DNA from: an uncultured Acidobacteriota bacterium
Lineage (GTDB): Bacteria; Acidobacteriota; Thermoanaerobaculia; Gp7-AA8; CAVUJZ01
DNA length: 64,000 bases
Direction: 5' to 3'
Assembly (NCBI GenBank): GCA_963741905.1
Contig: CAVUJZ010000027.1
Coordinates: forward strand, 15,769-79,768
The notes under the pieces are model-generated. The model did not search any database and was not told the origin of the DNA. It saw nothing but the letters and a program-made list of their open reading frames with translations. A program made the translations under genes and the position numbers. Each line of letters begins with the position of its first letter. Positions within the stretch are counted from its first letter, which is position 1. Of this stretch, positions 1 through 10,300 are shown piece by piece.

Positions 1-133
1 GCGTCTGGAGGGCCTCCACTCTCTTTTCGAGCTCACGAACGCGGCGCTGCAGATCATCGAGGCGCGGCTCCTGAGCGACGAGCGGCAGGGCGAAGACAGA
101 CAGGGAGAGAAACAGGAGAATCTTTCGTAGCAT
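1..133 (-). CDS. 5' part of a secreted protein (signal peptide + coiled coil), possibly an outer-membrane porin; runs off the window
   Basis: ATG at 133 preceded by GAAAGGA; translates MLRKILLFLSLSVFALPLVAQEPRLDDLQRRVRELEKRVEALQT; absent from the ORF track because it has no stop in the window. Confidence 0.7.
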   Translation of the reverse strand, partial: MLRKILLFLSLSVFALPLVAQEPRLDDLQRRVRELEKRVEALQT

Positions 134-138
134 GAACG

Positions 139-1281
139 TCAGTTCCTTTCAGTGAACGTTTCGTCGACCGGTCGCAGGTCGCGGGTTTGTTGCCTGAACG
201 GGGTGGAAGTGCGGACGCTCCAGGTGCCGTCCCCCTCCGGGGTGATGAAGACGGCTTCGACGTCATGGGCATCGGCCCAGCGGAGACCCGCCTCCGGACC
301 CATGACATAGAGCGCGGTGGAGAGAATGTCGGCCTCCAGCGCACTCGATCGAATCACCGACACCGAGCCGCGTGGCGGCAGTGCGAGGCCGGTTCGTGGG
401 TCGAGAATGTGCGAGAAGGTGCGCCCTTGAACGGTGAAGTGGTGTTCCGATCCCGAGGTGGTGGCGATCGACCCGGCATTCAGGGTCAATCGCAGAGCCG
501 GTTGCGTCCGAGCTTCCGGATTGGCGATGGCGATCTCGATCGGCGCGGGGAAGCCGGAAAGTGCGATCTGTCCGCCGAAGTCGACCATCGCCGCACCGAC
601 TCCGGCGGCGCGCAGACTCTTCAACGCCTGGTCGATCGCATATCCCTTTCCGAATCCTCCCTCTTCGAATCCGGCGCCCGGATCGAGACGGATCGAGTGG
701 CTCTTCGGAAAGAAGTCGATGCGGTTGACCCGCAACAGAGGACGGACTTCTTCGATCTCGAGCGGGCCCGGATAGCGCCCTGCGCCGCGGACCTTCCAGA
801 TCCGGACGAGCGGAGCGACGAGCGGGTTGAATGCACCGTCGGTGCGATCGCTCCAGCCGACCGCTTCCAGGAGGAGATCGAACAGTTCGGGAGGGACCGT
901 CACGGGCTCGCCGGAGCGGTCTGCATTCAGCCGCGCGAGATCGCTTTCATCCTTCCACGTGGAGAGAAGCGATTCGATCCGTGTGATCTGGTCGAAGGTG
1001 GAAGGGATCGTTCCGGCATCCTCGGTTGGAACGCTGATGGTACAGATGGTTCCCATCAAGTACTCCGCGCGGGAGGTGAGCTCCGGTGCGGGGGTCGGGG
1101 CTTGCCGGGATTCGATGGACGGCCCGGAAGGGGAGGGTGGGATGCTGGCGGCGCAGCCGGCGAAGAGCAGGATGACGAGCAGGGCGGAGCCGAAGGTTCG
1201 TGAGCGGATCCATGGATGAGAGTCTAATTGAGACAGCGTCTCAATTAGCGGGACGATAAGCTTCCAGCCTGAGGGTCTCAC
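139..1281 (-). CDS. apbE: FAD:protein FMN transferase (ApbE family lipoprotein); start uncertain
   Basis: Motifs LMGT, GAFNPLV, GGFGKGYAID, HILDPRTG, ADILSTAL; lipobox-like LFAGC. The ATG at 1213 is out of frame, so the true start is unclear. Confidence 0.9.
   Translation of the reverse strand: MRPSGWKLIVPLIETLSQLDSHPWIRSRTFGSALLVILLFAGCAASIPPSPSGPSIESRQAPTPAPELTSRAEYLMGTICTISVPTEDAGTIPSTFDQITRIESLLSTWKDESDLARLNADRSGEPVTVPPELFDLLLEAVGWSDRTDGAFNPLVAPLVRIWKVRGAGRYPGPLEIEEVRPLLRVNRIDFFPKSHSIRLDPGAGFEEGGFGKGYAIDQALKSLRAAGVGAAMVDFGGQIALSGFPAPIEIAIANPEARTQPALRLTLNAGSIATTSGSEHHFTVQGRTFSHILDPRTGLALPPRGSVSVIRSSALEADILSTALYVMGPEAGLRWADAHDVEAVFITPEGDGTWSVRTSTPFRQQTRDLRPVDETFTERN
1224..1248. promoter_or_regulatory. 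Putative Fur box (perfect 11-3-11 inverted repeat)
   Basis: CTAATTGAGAC-AGC-GTCTCAATTAG; near-identical copy upstream of fur; TGA-N9-TCA spacing as in Fur boxes. Confidence 0.7.
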
Positions 1282-1288
1282 GGCAGGG

Positions 1289-1957
1289 TTATCCTTTCCG
1301 GGCTTCTTCGGGTCGGACGAAGATCTCGTTGGCGATCTCTTCCTCGACCGCCACGGTGGTCTCGCCGCAACTGATCACGATCGACGGCCTCCGCTGGATC
1401 AGCCGGACGTCCGTGCCCGGAACGATCCCCAGGGTGGCCAGTCGATTGAGCCGGGTCGCCGATTTCGGGGTAATGAAGACGATCGTCCCGGTGCCGCCGA
1501 TGGCGAGGTCGTAGAGCCTCGAGATCAGGGGCGCGACCTTCCGGTCGAACTTCCGGCAGCACTCTCCCTGGGGTACCGGTCGTCCGTGAGGGCATTTGGG
1601 CGGGTGGCCCAGAAACGTGCAGACCCGATCCACCACCGCCTCGGAGAGCATGTGCTCGAATTCGCACGCGGAGGCTTCTGCGTCCTTCAGGTCGGCATCG
1701 AGAACCTGGGCGAAGAGAATCTCCGCGAGACGGTGTCGCCGGACGATGCCTCGCGCCTGCTGCTCTCCCTTCGGCAGAAGATGAATGGTGGCGTTCCGGG
1801 CGATCGCGCCGGAGTCGGTCAGGGTCGCGAGCGCGGCTTCCAGCTCCGGTCCCTGCAGATCGAGACGCAGATCCTCGAGCGTCCGGACCTCCCGTTTCGC
1901 TTCGTCCAGATACCAGAGCTGCTCGAGAACCTCGTCGGTGGCCGGATGAATGATCAT
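1289..1957 (-). CDS. DtxR/MntR-family metal-dependent regulator fused to a C-terminal FeoA domain
   Basis: RRHRLAE, ACEFEH, LGHPPKCPHG motifs; FeoA-like RLATLGIVPGTDV; ATGA overlap with the upstream stop at 1954-1957. Confidence 0.9.
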   Translation of the reverse strand: MIIHPATDEVLEQLWYLDEAKREVRTLEDLRLDLQGPELEAALATLTDSGAIARNATIHLLPKGEQQARGIVRRHRLAEILFAQVLDADLKDAEASACEFEHMLSEAVVDRVCTFLGHPPKCPHGRPVPQGECCRKFDRKVAPLISRLYDLAIGGTGTIVFITPKSATRLNRLATLGIVPGTDVRLIQRRPSIVISCGETTVAVEEEIANEIFVRPEEARKG

Positions 1958-2154
1958 GAGGCGTTGACTCCATGGCGAACCCGGCGGATCAGTGACCTCA
2001 CGAAGTCCACCACCACGCTGTCCTCGACGAACTCGTATCTGCAGTTCGGACACATCACCATCGAACAGCCTCGGGACATCGGGCAGCTCGAATGGCAGGA
2101 GGCTCCCGAAAATTCATGGGAGCAGAGCGGACAGGTGTAGGTTCGGTCGTCCAT
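1954..2154 (-). CDS. Small Cys-rich feoB-associated protein (metal or Fe-S binding)
   Basis: 66 aa with CPLC, CHSSC, C and CPNC; lies directly after feoB and overlaps the next start. Confidence 0.75.
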   Translation of the reverse strand: MDDRTYTCPLCSHEFSGASCHSSCPMSRGCSMVMCPNCRYEFVEDSVVVDFVRSLIRRVRHGVNAS

Positions 2155-2161
2155 GGTCGGG

Positions 2162-4222
2162 TCAGCCGAGATTCACGTGGAACGAGGTGAGGATGAGGTT
2201 GAGCGCCCAGCCGATTCCGAAGGCGTAGGGGATGATGAACGCTGTCATCCAGAGTGCCGACTTCATCCCCCGTTCCTTGATCATCATGAAGAAGTTCGCG
2301 ATGCAGGGAACGAACAGGGTGATCACCGAAAGCGAGACCACGGTCTGAATCGGGTCGAGCTGTCCCTGGCGCTGCATCATGAACAGTCCGGCGGCGCCGT
2401 AGTCCCGACGGAGAAAGCCGATCAGAAACGCGTTGGCTGCTTCGATCGGGAGATGAAGCACGCCGACCACCAGCGGAGCAATCATCTTCTGAAAGACCAC
2501 CAGCATCCCGGTCAGGTCGGCCAGATAGAGGATCAGCGTTCCGACGATGAACAGGGGAACCGCTTCCTTCAGGTACCACTCCATCCGGGCCATCACCTTG
2601 ATCAGGATGTTCGACAGCTTGGGTCGGCGGATCGGCGGGAGCTCCAGGAGGAAGTCCGAGGGCTCGCCCTTCAGCAGTTTCGACGCGAGCCACCCGACGA
2701 ACAGGATCGTGCCGCCGACCACGCCGAGCCAGATCAGCGTCGCCTTGAAGCTGAGCGCCCCGAGCATCGCCATGATCACGCCGAGCTGGGCTGAGCAGGG
2801 GACCCCGAGCGCGAGCAGAATGGTCACGATCACCCGCTCCTTCTTCGTCTCCAGGATCCGGGTGGTCAGCGTTGCCATGGTGTCGCACCCGAGTCCCAGA
2901 ACCATCGGGAGGACCGCCTTGCCATTCAGTCCCATGGTCTTGAACAGCCGGTTGATCATCACCGCGAGTCGCGGCAGATAACCGGAGTCCTCGAGCAGTC
3001 CGAAGAAGATGAAGAACGTTCCCACCACCGGCAGGACGATTGCGATCGCGTAGGTCACCGCCATGGTGACGATTCCGTACGGGCCGACGAACAGGTCGTG
3101 AAAAAACCGCCCCACGGCCGCCCAGCCGGTCGGGTCACCGGTGAGGGTATACGAGACGCTCAGAACTCCGCCGTCGACGAGATGGTGATGGGGAAAGCGG
3201 AAGACGAAGTCGAAAAAGTGAATCGCCCAGGGGTTCAAATAGCCATTGAAGACGGTGTTCTCGAGGAAATCCACCATGTCGCCGGCGCCGATTTTGCCGA
3301 CGAACCACCAGGCGAACCAGAGCACCAGCGCGAGAAATGGCAGACCCCAGTAGCGGTGCATGGTGATCGCCCCGAGCCACTGCTTGAATCCGTTCACCGA
3401 TTTTGGAGGCGTGGTGTACACCTCGGTCATCACCCGATCCACCTCGGCCAGCCGATCGCGACTGATCCGGTAGGCGAGCGGCTCGTTGACCAGCCGCTGG
3501 GTCTCTTCCCGGATCCGGTCCAACTCGGCGAGCTCGTCCGGTGAGGCCGATTCCTGCAGCCAGGGAGCAATGGTTTCATCCCCGGCCAGAACGGAAATGG
3601 CGACCGCCCGTGCCGCGACCTCGAGGCCCTCGGGAAGGACGGTTTCGACCCGGGCGATGGCTTCCTCCATGATCGTATCGAACTTCATCACAGCGGTTGC
3701 CCGGCGGGGCTGGAGAGCCTCCCGCTTGAGCCGCTCCACTCCCCAGCGACGGATGGCGGAGGTCTGGACGACGCTGACGCCCAGAAGCGTCGAGAGACGT
3801 TCGGAATCGACCGCGATGCCGTGGTCCCGGGCCTCGTCGCTCATGTTCAGACAGAGCGTGAAGGGGACGTTCCACTCGGCGAGCTGCATGGTCAGCAGCA
3901 GCGTCCGGCGGAGGTTCTTGAGGTCGCCGACCTGAATCACGTCTGCGTCGGGATTCGACAGCAGAACGTCTCGGGTGACCCGTTCGTCTTCCGACTGCGG
4001 AATGAGCGTGTTGGTGCCCGGGGTGTCGATGATCTCCCGAGGCTGGTCGAGAATCCGGGCGGTGCCCCGGGTCATCTCGACCGTGGTGCCGGGATAGTTG
4101 GCCACGGTGACGTACTTGCCGGTGAGGGCACCGAACAGGACGGATTTGCCGACGTTCGGGTTCCCGACAAGGATCAGCTTCCGCAGGGCGTGCGGGATGG
4201 GTGTGATGGGATCGGCGGTCAT
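2162..4222 (-). CDS. feoB: Ferrous iron transport protein B
   Basis: GNPNVGKS, VANYPGTTV, DTPG, LEDSGYLPR, LGLGC, PCSAQ; ATG at 4222 overlaps the fur stop. Confidence 0.97.
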   Translation of the reverse strand: MTADPITPIPHALRKLILVGNPNVGKSVLFGALTGKYVTVANYPGTTVEMTRGTARILDQPREIIDTPGTNTLIPQSEDERVTRDVLLSNPDADVIQVGDLKNLRRTLLLTMQLAEWNVPFTLCLNMSDEARDHGIAVDSERLSTLLGVSVVQTSAIRRWGVERLKREALQPRRATAVMKFDTIMEEAIARVETVLPEGLEVAARAVAISVLAGDETIAPWLQESASPDELAELDRIREETQRLVNEPLAYRISRDRLAEVDRVMTEVYTTPPKSVNGFKQWLGAITMHRYWGLPFLALVLWFAWWFVGKIGAGDMVDFLENTVFNGYLNPWAIHFFDFVFRFPHHHLVDGGVLSVSYTLTGDPTGWAAVGRFFHDLFVGPYGIVTMAVTYAIAIVLPVVGTFFIFFGLLEDSGYLPRLAVMINRLFKTMGLNGKAVLPMVLGLGCDTMATLTTRILETKKERVIVTILLALGVPCSAQLGVIMAMLGALSFKATLIWLGVVGGTILFVGWLASKLLKGEPSDFLLELPPIRRPKLSNILIKVMARMEWYLKEAVPLFIVGTLILYLADLTGMLVVFQKMIAPLVVGVLHLPIEAANAFLIGFLRRDYGAAGLFMMQRQGQLDPIQTVVSLSVITLFVPCIANFFMMIKERGMKSALWMTAFIIPYAFGIGWALNLILTSFHVNLG

Positions 4223-4734
4223 TTTCTCAGACTCTTCTGGGTAATGTGGATCATCTTGACCCGGTCGGGAGAGTCGGGCTCCTCGCCCTTCTTCTGGCAG
4301 GGCCCGCAGACGCCCAGGATCTGCAGGTTTTTGAACGTGGGAGCGAAGCCGTAGTCGCGGCAGATCTGCTGCTGACGCGATTCGATCATGTCGTCGTGGA
4401 ACTCGACCACACCGCCACAGGTGGTGCAGACGAGGTGGTGGTGATCGCGGGCGTCGTCGGTGATCCGCTCGTAGTGGTAGTGCTCTTCGCCGAGATGGAC
4501 GCGGCGGACCATGCCGCACTTCACCAGGAGCTCGAGGGTGCGGTAGATGGTGGCGCGAGAGATCTTGATGTTCTTGTCCTTGAGCTTGAACAGGAGCTCA
4601 TCGGCCTCGAAGTGATAATGAGTGCCGAAGATCTCCCGGACGAGAGCGACGCGCTCGTTGGTGAGCTTGAGGCCGTTTTCCTGGAGATACTCCTGGAAGC
4701 GGGAGATTTCGTGATCGATGGCGACGGCGGACAT
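4219..4734 (-). CDS. fur: Fur-family transcriptional repressor
   Basis: SRATIYRTL, HHHLVCTTCG, C-terminal CGPC. Confidence 0.93.
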   Translation of the reverse strand: MSAVAIDHEISRFQEYLQENGLKLTNERVALVREIFGTHYHFEADELLFKLKDKNIKISRATIYRTLELLVKCGMVRRVHLGEEHYHYERITDDARDHHHLVCTTCGGVVEFHDDMIESRQQQICRDYGFAPTFKNLQILGVCGPCQKKGEEPDSPDRVKMIHITQKSLRK

Positions 4735-4746
4735 GGCGACATAGGC

Positions 4747-4767
4747 AACTGAGACTCAGTCTCAATT
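4747..4767. promoter_or_regulatory. Putative Fur box at the fur-feoB promoter
   Basis: AACTGAGAC-TCA-GTCTCAATT, just downstream of the -10 element. Confidence 0.7.
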
Positions 4768-4778
4768 ATTGCAACCGC

Positions 4779-4808
4779 ATTCTAGGGGCACTGCACCGGA
4801 GCTGTCAA
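4779..4808 (-). promoter_or_regulatory. Sigma70-type promoter of the fur-feoB operon
   Basis: Minus strand TTGACA (4808-4803), 18 bp spacer, TAGAAT (4784-4779). Confidence 0.7.
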
Positions 4809-4905
4809 TCACGGATCGGTTACGTGATTCGGGAGGAAACGCCTCTCGTGCCCGACCACGATCCGAGGTACGAACGGCCCCGCGGGCGCAGCGCTCCCCT
4901 CGCGA

Positions 4906-6408
4906 GTCGTCCCGAGCGGGAGGGCGGGTGGGCATGCGAGGGACCTCGCCCGATGCGAAAAGGACCGTTCTGCTGGACAACCGTCCCCCGACGCGTCTGC
5001 GCCCGGAGGTCCCTTCTCGCATCGGCAGAGATGTCTCACATGCCCACCCGCCCTCCCGTTCGACATGACAATGGCCGGCAGCGGGTCGAGAAAAACCGGG
5101 ATGCATCGAGGCAGCCGTGACGGGAGGATCGATGGAGCGAAACCACTGATTCCCTCGCCGAACCGACTCGCCGTTGTCGTCCCGAGCGGGAGGGCGGAAG
5201 GGCATGCGAGGGACCTCCCCCGATGCGAAAAGGACCGTTCTGCTGGACAACCGTCCCCCGACGCGTCTGCGCCCGGAGGTCCCTTCTCGCATCGGCAGAG
5301 ATGTCTCACATGCCCACCCGCCCTCCCGTTCGACATGACAATGGCCGGCAGCGGGTCGAGAAAAACCGGGATGCATCGAGGCAGCCGTGACGGGAGGATC
5401 GATGGAGCGAAACCACTGATTCCCTCGCCGAACCGACTCGCCCCTGTCGTCCCGAGCGGGAGGGCGGGTGGGCATGCGAGGGACCCCCCGATGCGAAAAG
5501 GATCGTTCTGCTGGACAACCGTCCCCCGACGCGTCTGCGCCCGGAGGTCCCTTCTCGCATCGGCAGAGATGTCTCACATGCCCACCCGCCCTCCCGTTCG
5601 ACATGACAATGGCCGGCAGCGGGTCGAGAAAAACCGGGATGCATCGAGGCAGCCGTGACGGGAGGATCGATGGAGCGAAACCACTGATTCCCTCGCCGAA
5701 CCGACTCGCCCCTGTCGTCCCGAGCGGGAGGGCGGGTGGGCATGCGAGGGACCTCCCCGATGCGAAAAGGATCGTTCTGCTGGACAACCGTCCCCCGACG
5801 CGTCTGCGCCCGGAGGTCCCTTCTCGCATCGGCAGAGATGTCTCACATGCCCACCCGCCCTCCCGTTCGACATGACAATGGCCGGCAGCGGGTCGAGAAA
5901 AACCGGGATGCATCGAGGCAGCCGTGACGGGAGGATCGATGGAGCGAAACCACTGATTCCCTCGCCGAACCGACTCGCCCCTGTCGTCCCGAGCGGGAGG
6001 GCGGGTGGGCATGCGAGGGACCTCGCCCGATGCGAAAAGGACCGTTCTGCTGGACAACCGTCCCCCGACGCGTCTGCGCCCGGAGGTTCGTTGTCGCATC
6101 GGCAGAGATGTCTCACATGCGCACCCGCCCTCCCGTTCGACATGACAATGGCCGGCAGCGGGTCGAGAAAAACCGGGATGCATCGAGGCAGCCGTGACGG
6201 GAGGATCGATGGAGCGAAACCACTGATTCCCTCGCCGAACCGACTCGCCATCGTCGTCCCGAGCGGGAGGGCGGAAGGGCATGCGAGGGACCTCCCCCGA
6301 TGCGAAAAGGACCGTTCTGCTGGACAACCGTCCCCCGCGACGCCTCTGCGCCCGGAGGTTCGTTGTCGCATCGGAGGAGATGTCCTGCATGCCCACCCGC
6401 CGCTCGAC
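4906..6408. repeat. Tandem array of ~270-bp units (about 5.5 copies), each with a long imperfect inverted repeat (REP/BIME-like)
   Basis: GTCGTCCCGAGCGGGAGGGCGG recurs at 4906, 5176, 5446, 5714, 5983 and 6253; units nearly identical. Confidence 0.95.
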
Positions 6409-6417
6409 AGGATCCGG

Positions 6418-7224
6418 CTATCGAACAGCCCCTTTCGTCGCTCGGACGAAGGCACTCATGAACGCTCCGTCCACCTCCGCGGCCACCTCTTCGCTCAGGC
6501 CCTGATCCTCGATGAAGTTCATCGCATCCGCCGCGGAGTACACCCGGGTCGGGACGATCTCGATCTCCTCGAATCCGGCCTCTTCCAGAAGGCGCCGGTA
6601 GTCGCTCTCCAGCAGGGCTCCCGCGACGCAGCCGATCCAGAGCTCCACGTTGCGGCTCAGGTCGCTGTGGATCTCCCTCGACCGAACGACGTCGCTCACC
6701 GCGAACCGGCCACCCGGCCGAAGCACCCGGAACGCCTCCCGGAGAACCTGCCCCTTGTCCGCCGAAAGATTGATCACGCAGTTCGAAATGATCACGTCCA
6801 CCGACTCATCCGGCAGCGGGATGTTCTCGATCTCGCCTCGGAGGAACTCGACGTTCGTCGCCCCAGCCTTCCGCTGGTTTTCCCGCGCGAGCTCGAGCAT
6901 CTCGTCAGTCATGTCCAGACCATAGGCCTTCCCGGCTGGCCCGACCCGCCGCGCGGACAGCAGAACGTCGATGCCACCACCGGAACCGAGATCCAGCACC
7001 GTCTCTCCCGGGTTCAGCTCCGCGAGCAGCGTCGGGTTGCCACAACCGAGCGAGGCCAGGACCGCCTCCTCCGGGAGCTCAGCAGTCTGGTCGCCCTCGT
7101 AAAGATTGGAGGTGATCGGATCACAGCTCGAGCCGGAGCAGCATCCACTGCGAACCGCGCCTGTCGCGACTGCCCTGGCCTGATCACCATACTTTTTCTG
7201 AATTTCCTGCCTGAGATTCGTCAT
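6418..7224 (-). CDS. arsM: Arsenite methyltransferase
   Basis: [35 protein letters not shown]; RBS AAGGAGG upstream of ATG 7224. Confidence 0.93.
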   Translation of the reverse strand: MTNLRQEIQKKYGDQARAVATGAVRSGCCSGSSCDPITSNLYEGDQTAELPEEAVLASLGCGNPTLLAELNPGETVLDLGSGGGIDVLLSARRVGPAGKAYGLDMTDEMLELARENQRKAGATNVEFLRGEIENIPLPDESVDVIISNCVINLSADKGQVLREAFRVLRPGGRFAVSDVVRSREIHSDLSRNVELWIGCVAGALLESDYRRLLEEAGFEEIEIVPTRVYSAADAMNFIEDQGLSEEVAAEVDGAFMSAFVRATKGAVR

Positions 7225-7240
7225 CGTTATCCTCCTTGCC

Positions 7241-7284
7241 ATATTCGTAAAAGCGAATATAGTCTCGCGATACGAATTTGTCAA
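7241..7284 (-). promoter_or_regulatory. arsM promoter with an overlapping palindromic operator (ArsR-type)
   Basis: TTGACA (7284-7279), 17 bp spacer, TATATT (7261-7256); inverted repeat ATATTCG-TAAAAG-CGAATAT at 7241-7260. Confidence 0.75.
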
Positions 7285-7336
7285 GGCGAATATGTAGAAG
7301 GCGTACTTCGCATGTGAGATCCGCCTGAAACTCGCC

Positions 7337-10300
7337 TCAGGCGGGTTCCGCGGGTGCCTTCGTGCGGAGGAATCGCTGGAGGAGCAGCGCGACAATGGCG
7401 AGGGAGAAGGCCAGACCGATGAGTGAGCCAACGCGATAGAGACCGCCCAGCCGCATCAGATCGTGCAGAAACCCCTTCAGCACCGAAACGAGGAGCAGCG
7501 CGATCGCCGCCATGCGTGCACCGCGACTTCCTCCGATGAGGCCGGCGACCAGCATGCCGATCGCGAATACTGCCCAGGCGAGGGTGTAGGTCAGGTCCTG
7601 CGCGAGGCCGGCGGAAAAGTTGAAGGTGAGCGACCGCCCCGTCGAGTAGAAGTCGGCAATCTCGATGTTGACCAGAAGAAACAGGAGCACCGTCCCTCCG
7701 CTGACCAGCAGGGGCGAAAGCTGGCGCCATGCGTCCTCCAGATGCGGAAGAAGTCTGGCCCCGGCAAAATATGCCGCCGCCGCAACCAGGTAGGCGTACA
7801 GGTACCAGTTCAGGATCGGAGTCGCGCTTCGGGGGTGATAGTCGAACACCGCCGGATTGAGAGACAGTCGGATGAACGCCACCCCGAACAGCGCGGAAGA
7901 CCAGACGAGCAGCCCCCGATGGGGGACCCGGCGGAAGAGCCAGATCAGTGCGGCGCCTTCGAGGGCCCACCCGAGAGTGATCCATTCACGGTCGAATTGA
8001 AGCGGGACCGCGACAGTGACGAACGCGAGGATCGTACCCGCCACCATGGCCAGCCGTCCGGTCTGGCGCTCTCCCCGGGGCTCGAGCTTCAGCAGGCGAA
8101 TCAGAAGAACCGAGGTCACTGCCGCCTCAATCACCGGCAGCAGACCGATGAATGAGTCCAGGCCGCGCACCAGCATCCCGGTTCGCGCGTAGAAGAACAG
8201 GGGAACCCCGGCAAGGACGCCGGCGAGCCACGGCTCGAACGTCCTCTTCGCCCGGTCACCCAGAACCAGCGGGTATCCGAGGAAGAGAAGCCACGTGATG
8301 CCGCCGAGAATCATCTCGAACAGCCAGGTTCCGGGGTGGTACCCGAGGCCTCGAGCGAGGAAGACGACGGCAAAGGAAGAGACCACGGCGAGGACTGCCG
8401 CCAAGTGACGATCCTCGATCGCGCAGATGGAGAGAATCGCGATGACCAGCCCGCCGTGAATGAGGGCGAGCAATGCAGAGCCCGGGGCGCCTGCCTGCGT
8501 GACCGCGAACATCAGGACGAACTGTGCCCCGAACAGGGCAATCAGCGCCGGGACGCGAAATGCGGTCTGGCTGCCGAACCGACGTCGTGCAAATGCGAAC
8601 GCCAGCAATCCCATCGCGGCCAGAGCCGCGGCCGCGGAGATTGCAACCGAGGGCCAGGGAGCGCCGCCCGACATGCTCACCCAGATGATCAGGACAAAGT
8701 GTCCTGCACCGAGAGCGAGGGCCATCAAACCTCCGTCGCCCGATCGCACCGCCTGGACGGTGATCGCCAGAGCGATCACCCCCAGCGCGACCAGCCACGG
8801 CCACGGGGGAATCGACAGACTGGGGCTGCCGGCGATCGCGAGGAGGAAGAGGTTGCTGATCAAGGCGAGCCAGGACGGCCCTGAAACCGCGGTCGATTCA
8901 GCTCTCTCGCGACTGAGCCACCCGTAGGCCACGACCACCATCACCGCAAACAGCACCAGAGAGACCAGCGCGCCGATGCGAAGCTCCTCGAGGTTTTCGG
9001 CGGCGATCCACCAGCCGCCCAGGACCATCCAGGAGATGAACGTCCCGATCGGAGCGAGCGCCGGCCGCCGGCTGTGCCTCGCCTCCCGGGCCATGGCCAG
9101 GTTCAGCCCGAGCAGAAGCGCGGTCAGGCCGGGAAGCGCCGCCCGCGGATCCGGACCGGTCGCCAGGACGAAGAGGACGAAGATTCCGAGGAACAGCATC
9201 GGGAGGCCGGACTGCCCGACTTCCGAGTCCGGCTTCCAACGTCGCACCGCCATCGGAACGGCCGCGAGAATGACGCCGAAGGCGGCATAGACGATGACCG
9301 CATCGATCACCCGGTCCGCGGTGAGATGTTCCACCGACCAGACTGCCTCCGCGATCAGCGTCAGGACGGCTCCAACCATCCACGCGGTGGGTGCGTCTTC
9401 GATCGCGGCAGCGAATCCCACCAGAAGGAGAAGGACGGCGAGGACGGAAAAAAGGAGGACCGGCGCCGCGGTCAACGGTTCCAGCAGCGCGAGAGCCGCG
9501 AACATGAACAGCAGAACCGGCGCACCGAAGACCGCCTTTTCCGAACCGCCCACGAGGGGACGTCGCAGCCGCCGTGCGACCGTCGGGGCAAGAGAATAAA
9601 GAAGGACGAATCCTGCGATCCAGACGAGGATCGAAGGCCACGCATCGTGCCGATAGCCGATTGCGGACCAGATGACGAAGGTGAAGGTGGTGGAGAGCGC
9701 GCCGAGCGGATGAAGCAGTCGCGGTCCCCGCGCCGAGGCTGCGATCACCGCGAGACCGATGTCGATCGCCAGCAGGAAGCTGAACAGAAGGCCTCGATGT
9801 GCGGCATAGCCGGGAACCGCCGCGAGATAGAAGGCGAAGCTCAGGGGAACGACCGCGGCGAGGGCGGCGGTGCGTCCGAAAAGCGAGCGCCGGCTCTGCT
9901 CACCTTCTCCCGTGGAGATCCAGAACGAGGCAATCGTCACCAGCGGGAAGATCAGGAAAATGCCGATTGCCAGGCTCACGCTCGACTCGTCGAGGAAGCG
10001 CGCCACCCAACCCCACTGGTAGAGCGTCGTGAAGACCAGAGTGAGGACCGAGAGCATCGGCCAGCGCTTCCGGTACGCGACCCAGGCGAGACCGGCGTTG
10101 AGGATCAGCAGATACCCGAACAGGGTCACCGGGCGGTCCTGCCCGGTCGACAGGAGCGCCGGTGTGGCGAAGCCGCCGAGCAGGCCGAGAAGCGCCATGA
10201 ATACCGAATCGCGCCGGATCGACAGGAACACTGCCAGACCGGTCACTCCGGCCATCAGCGCGAATCCGAGCGCGGCCGGAATCAGATTCCAGAGAGCATG

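Noticed and set aside
4906-6408. CRISPR array, or long ORFs (e.g. 4762..6396) across the 270-bp array
   Set aside because: No unique spacers and no cas genes; unit length changes (268/269/270) shift frames between copies, so the ORFs are by-products of the repeat.
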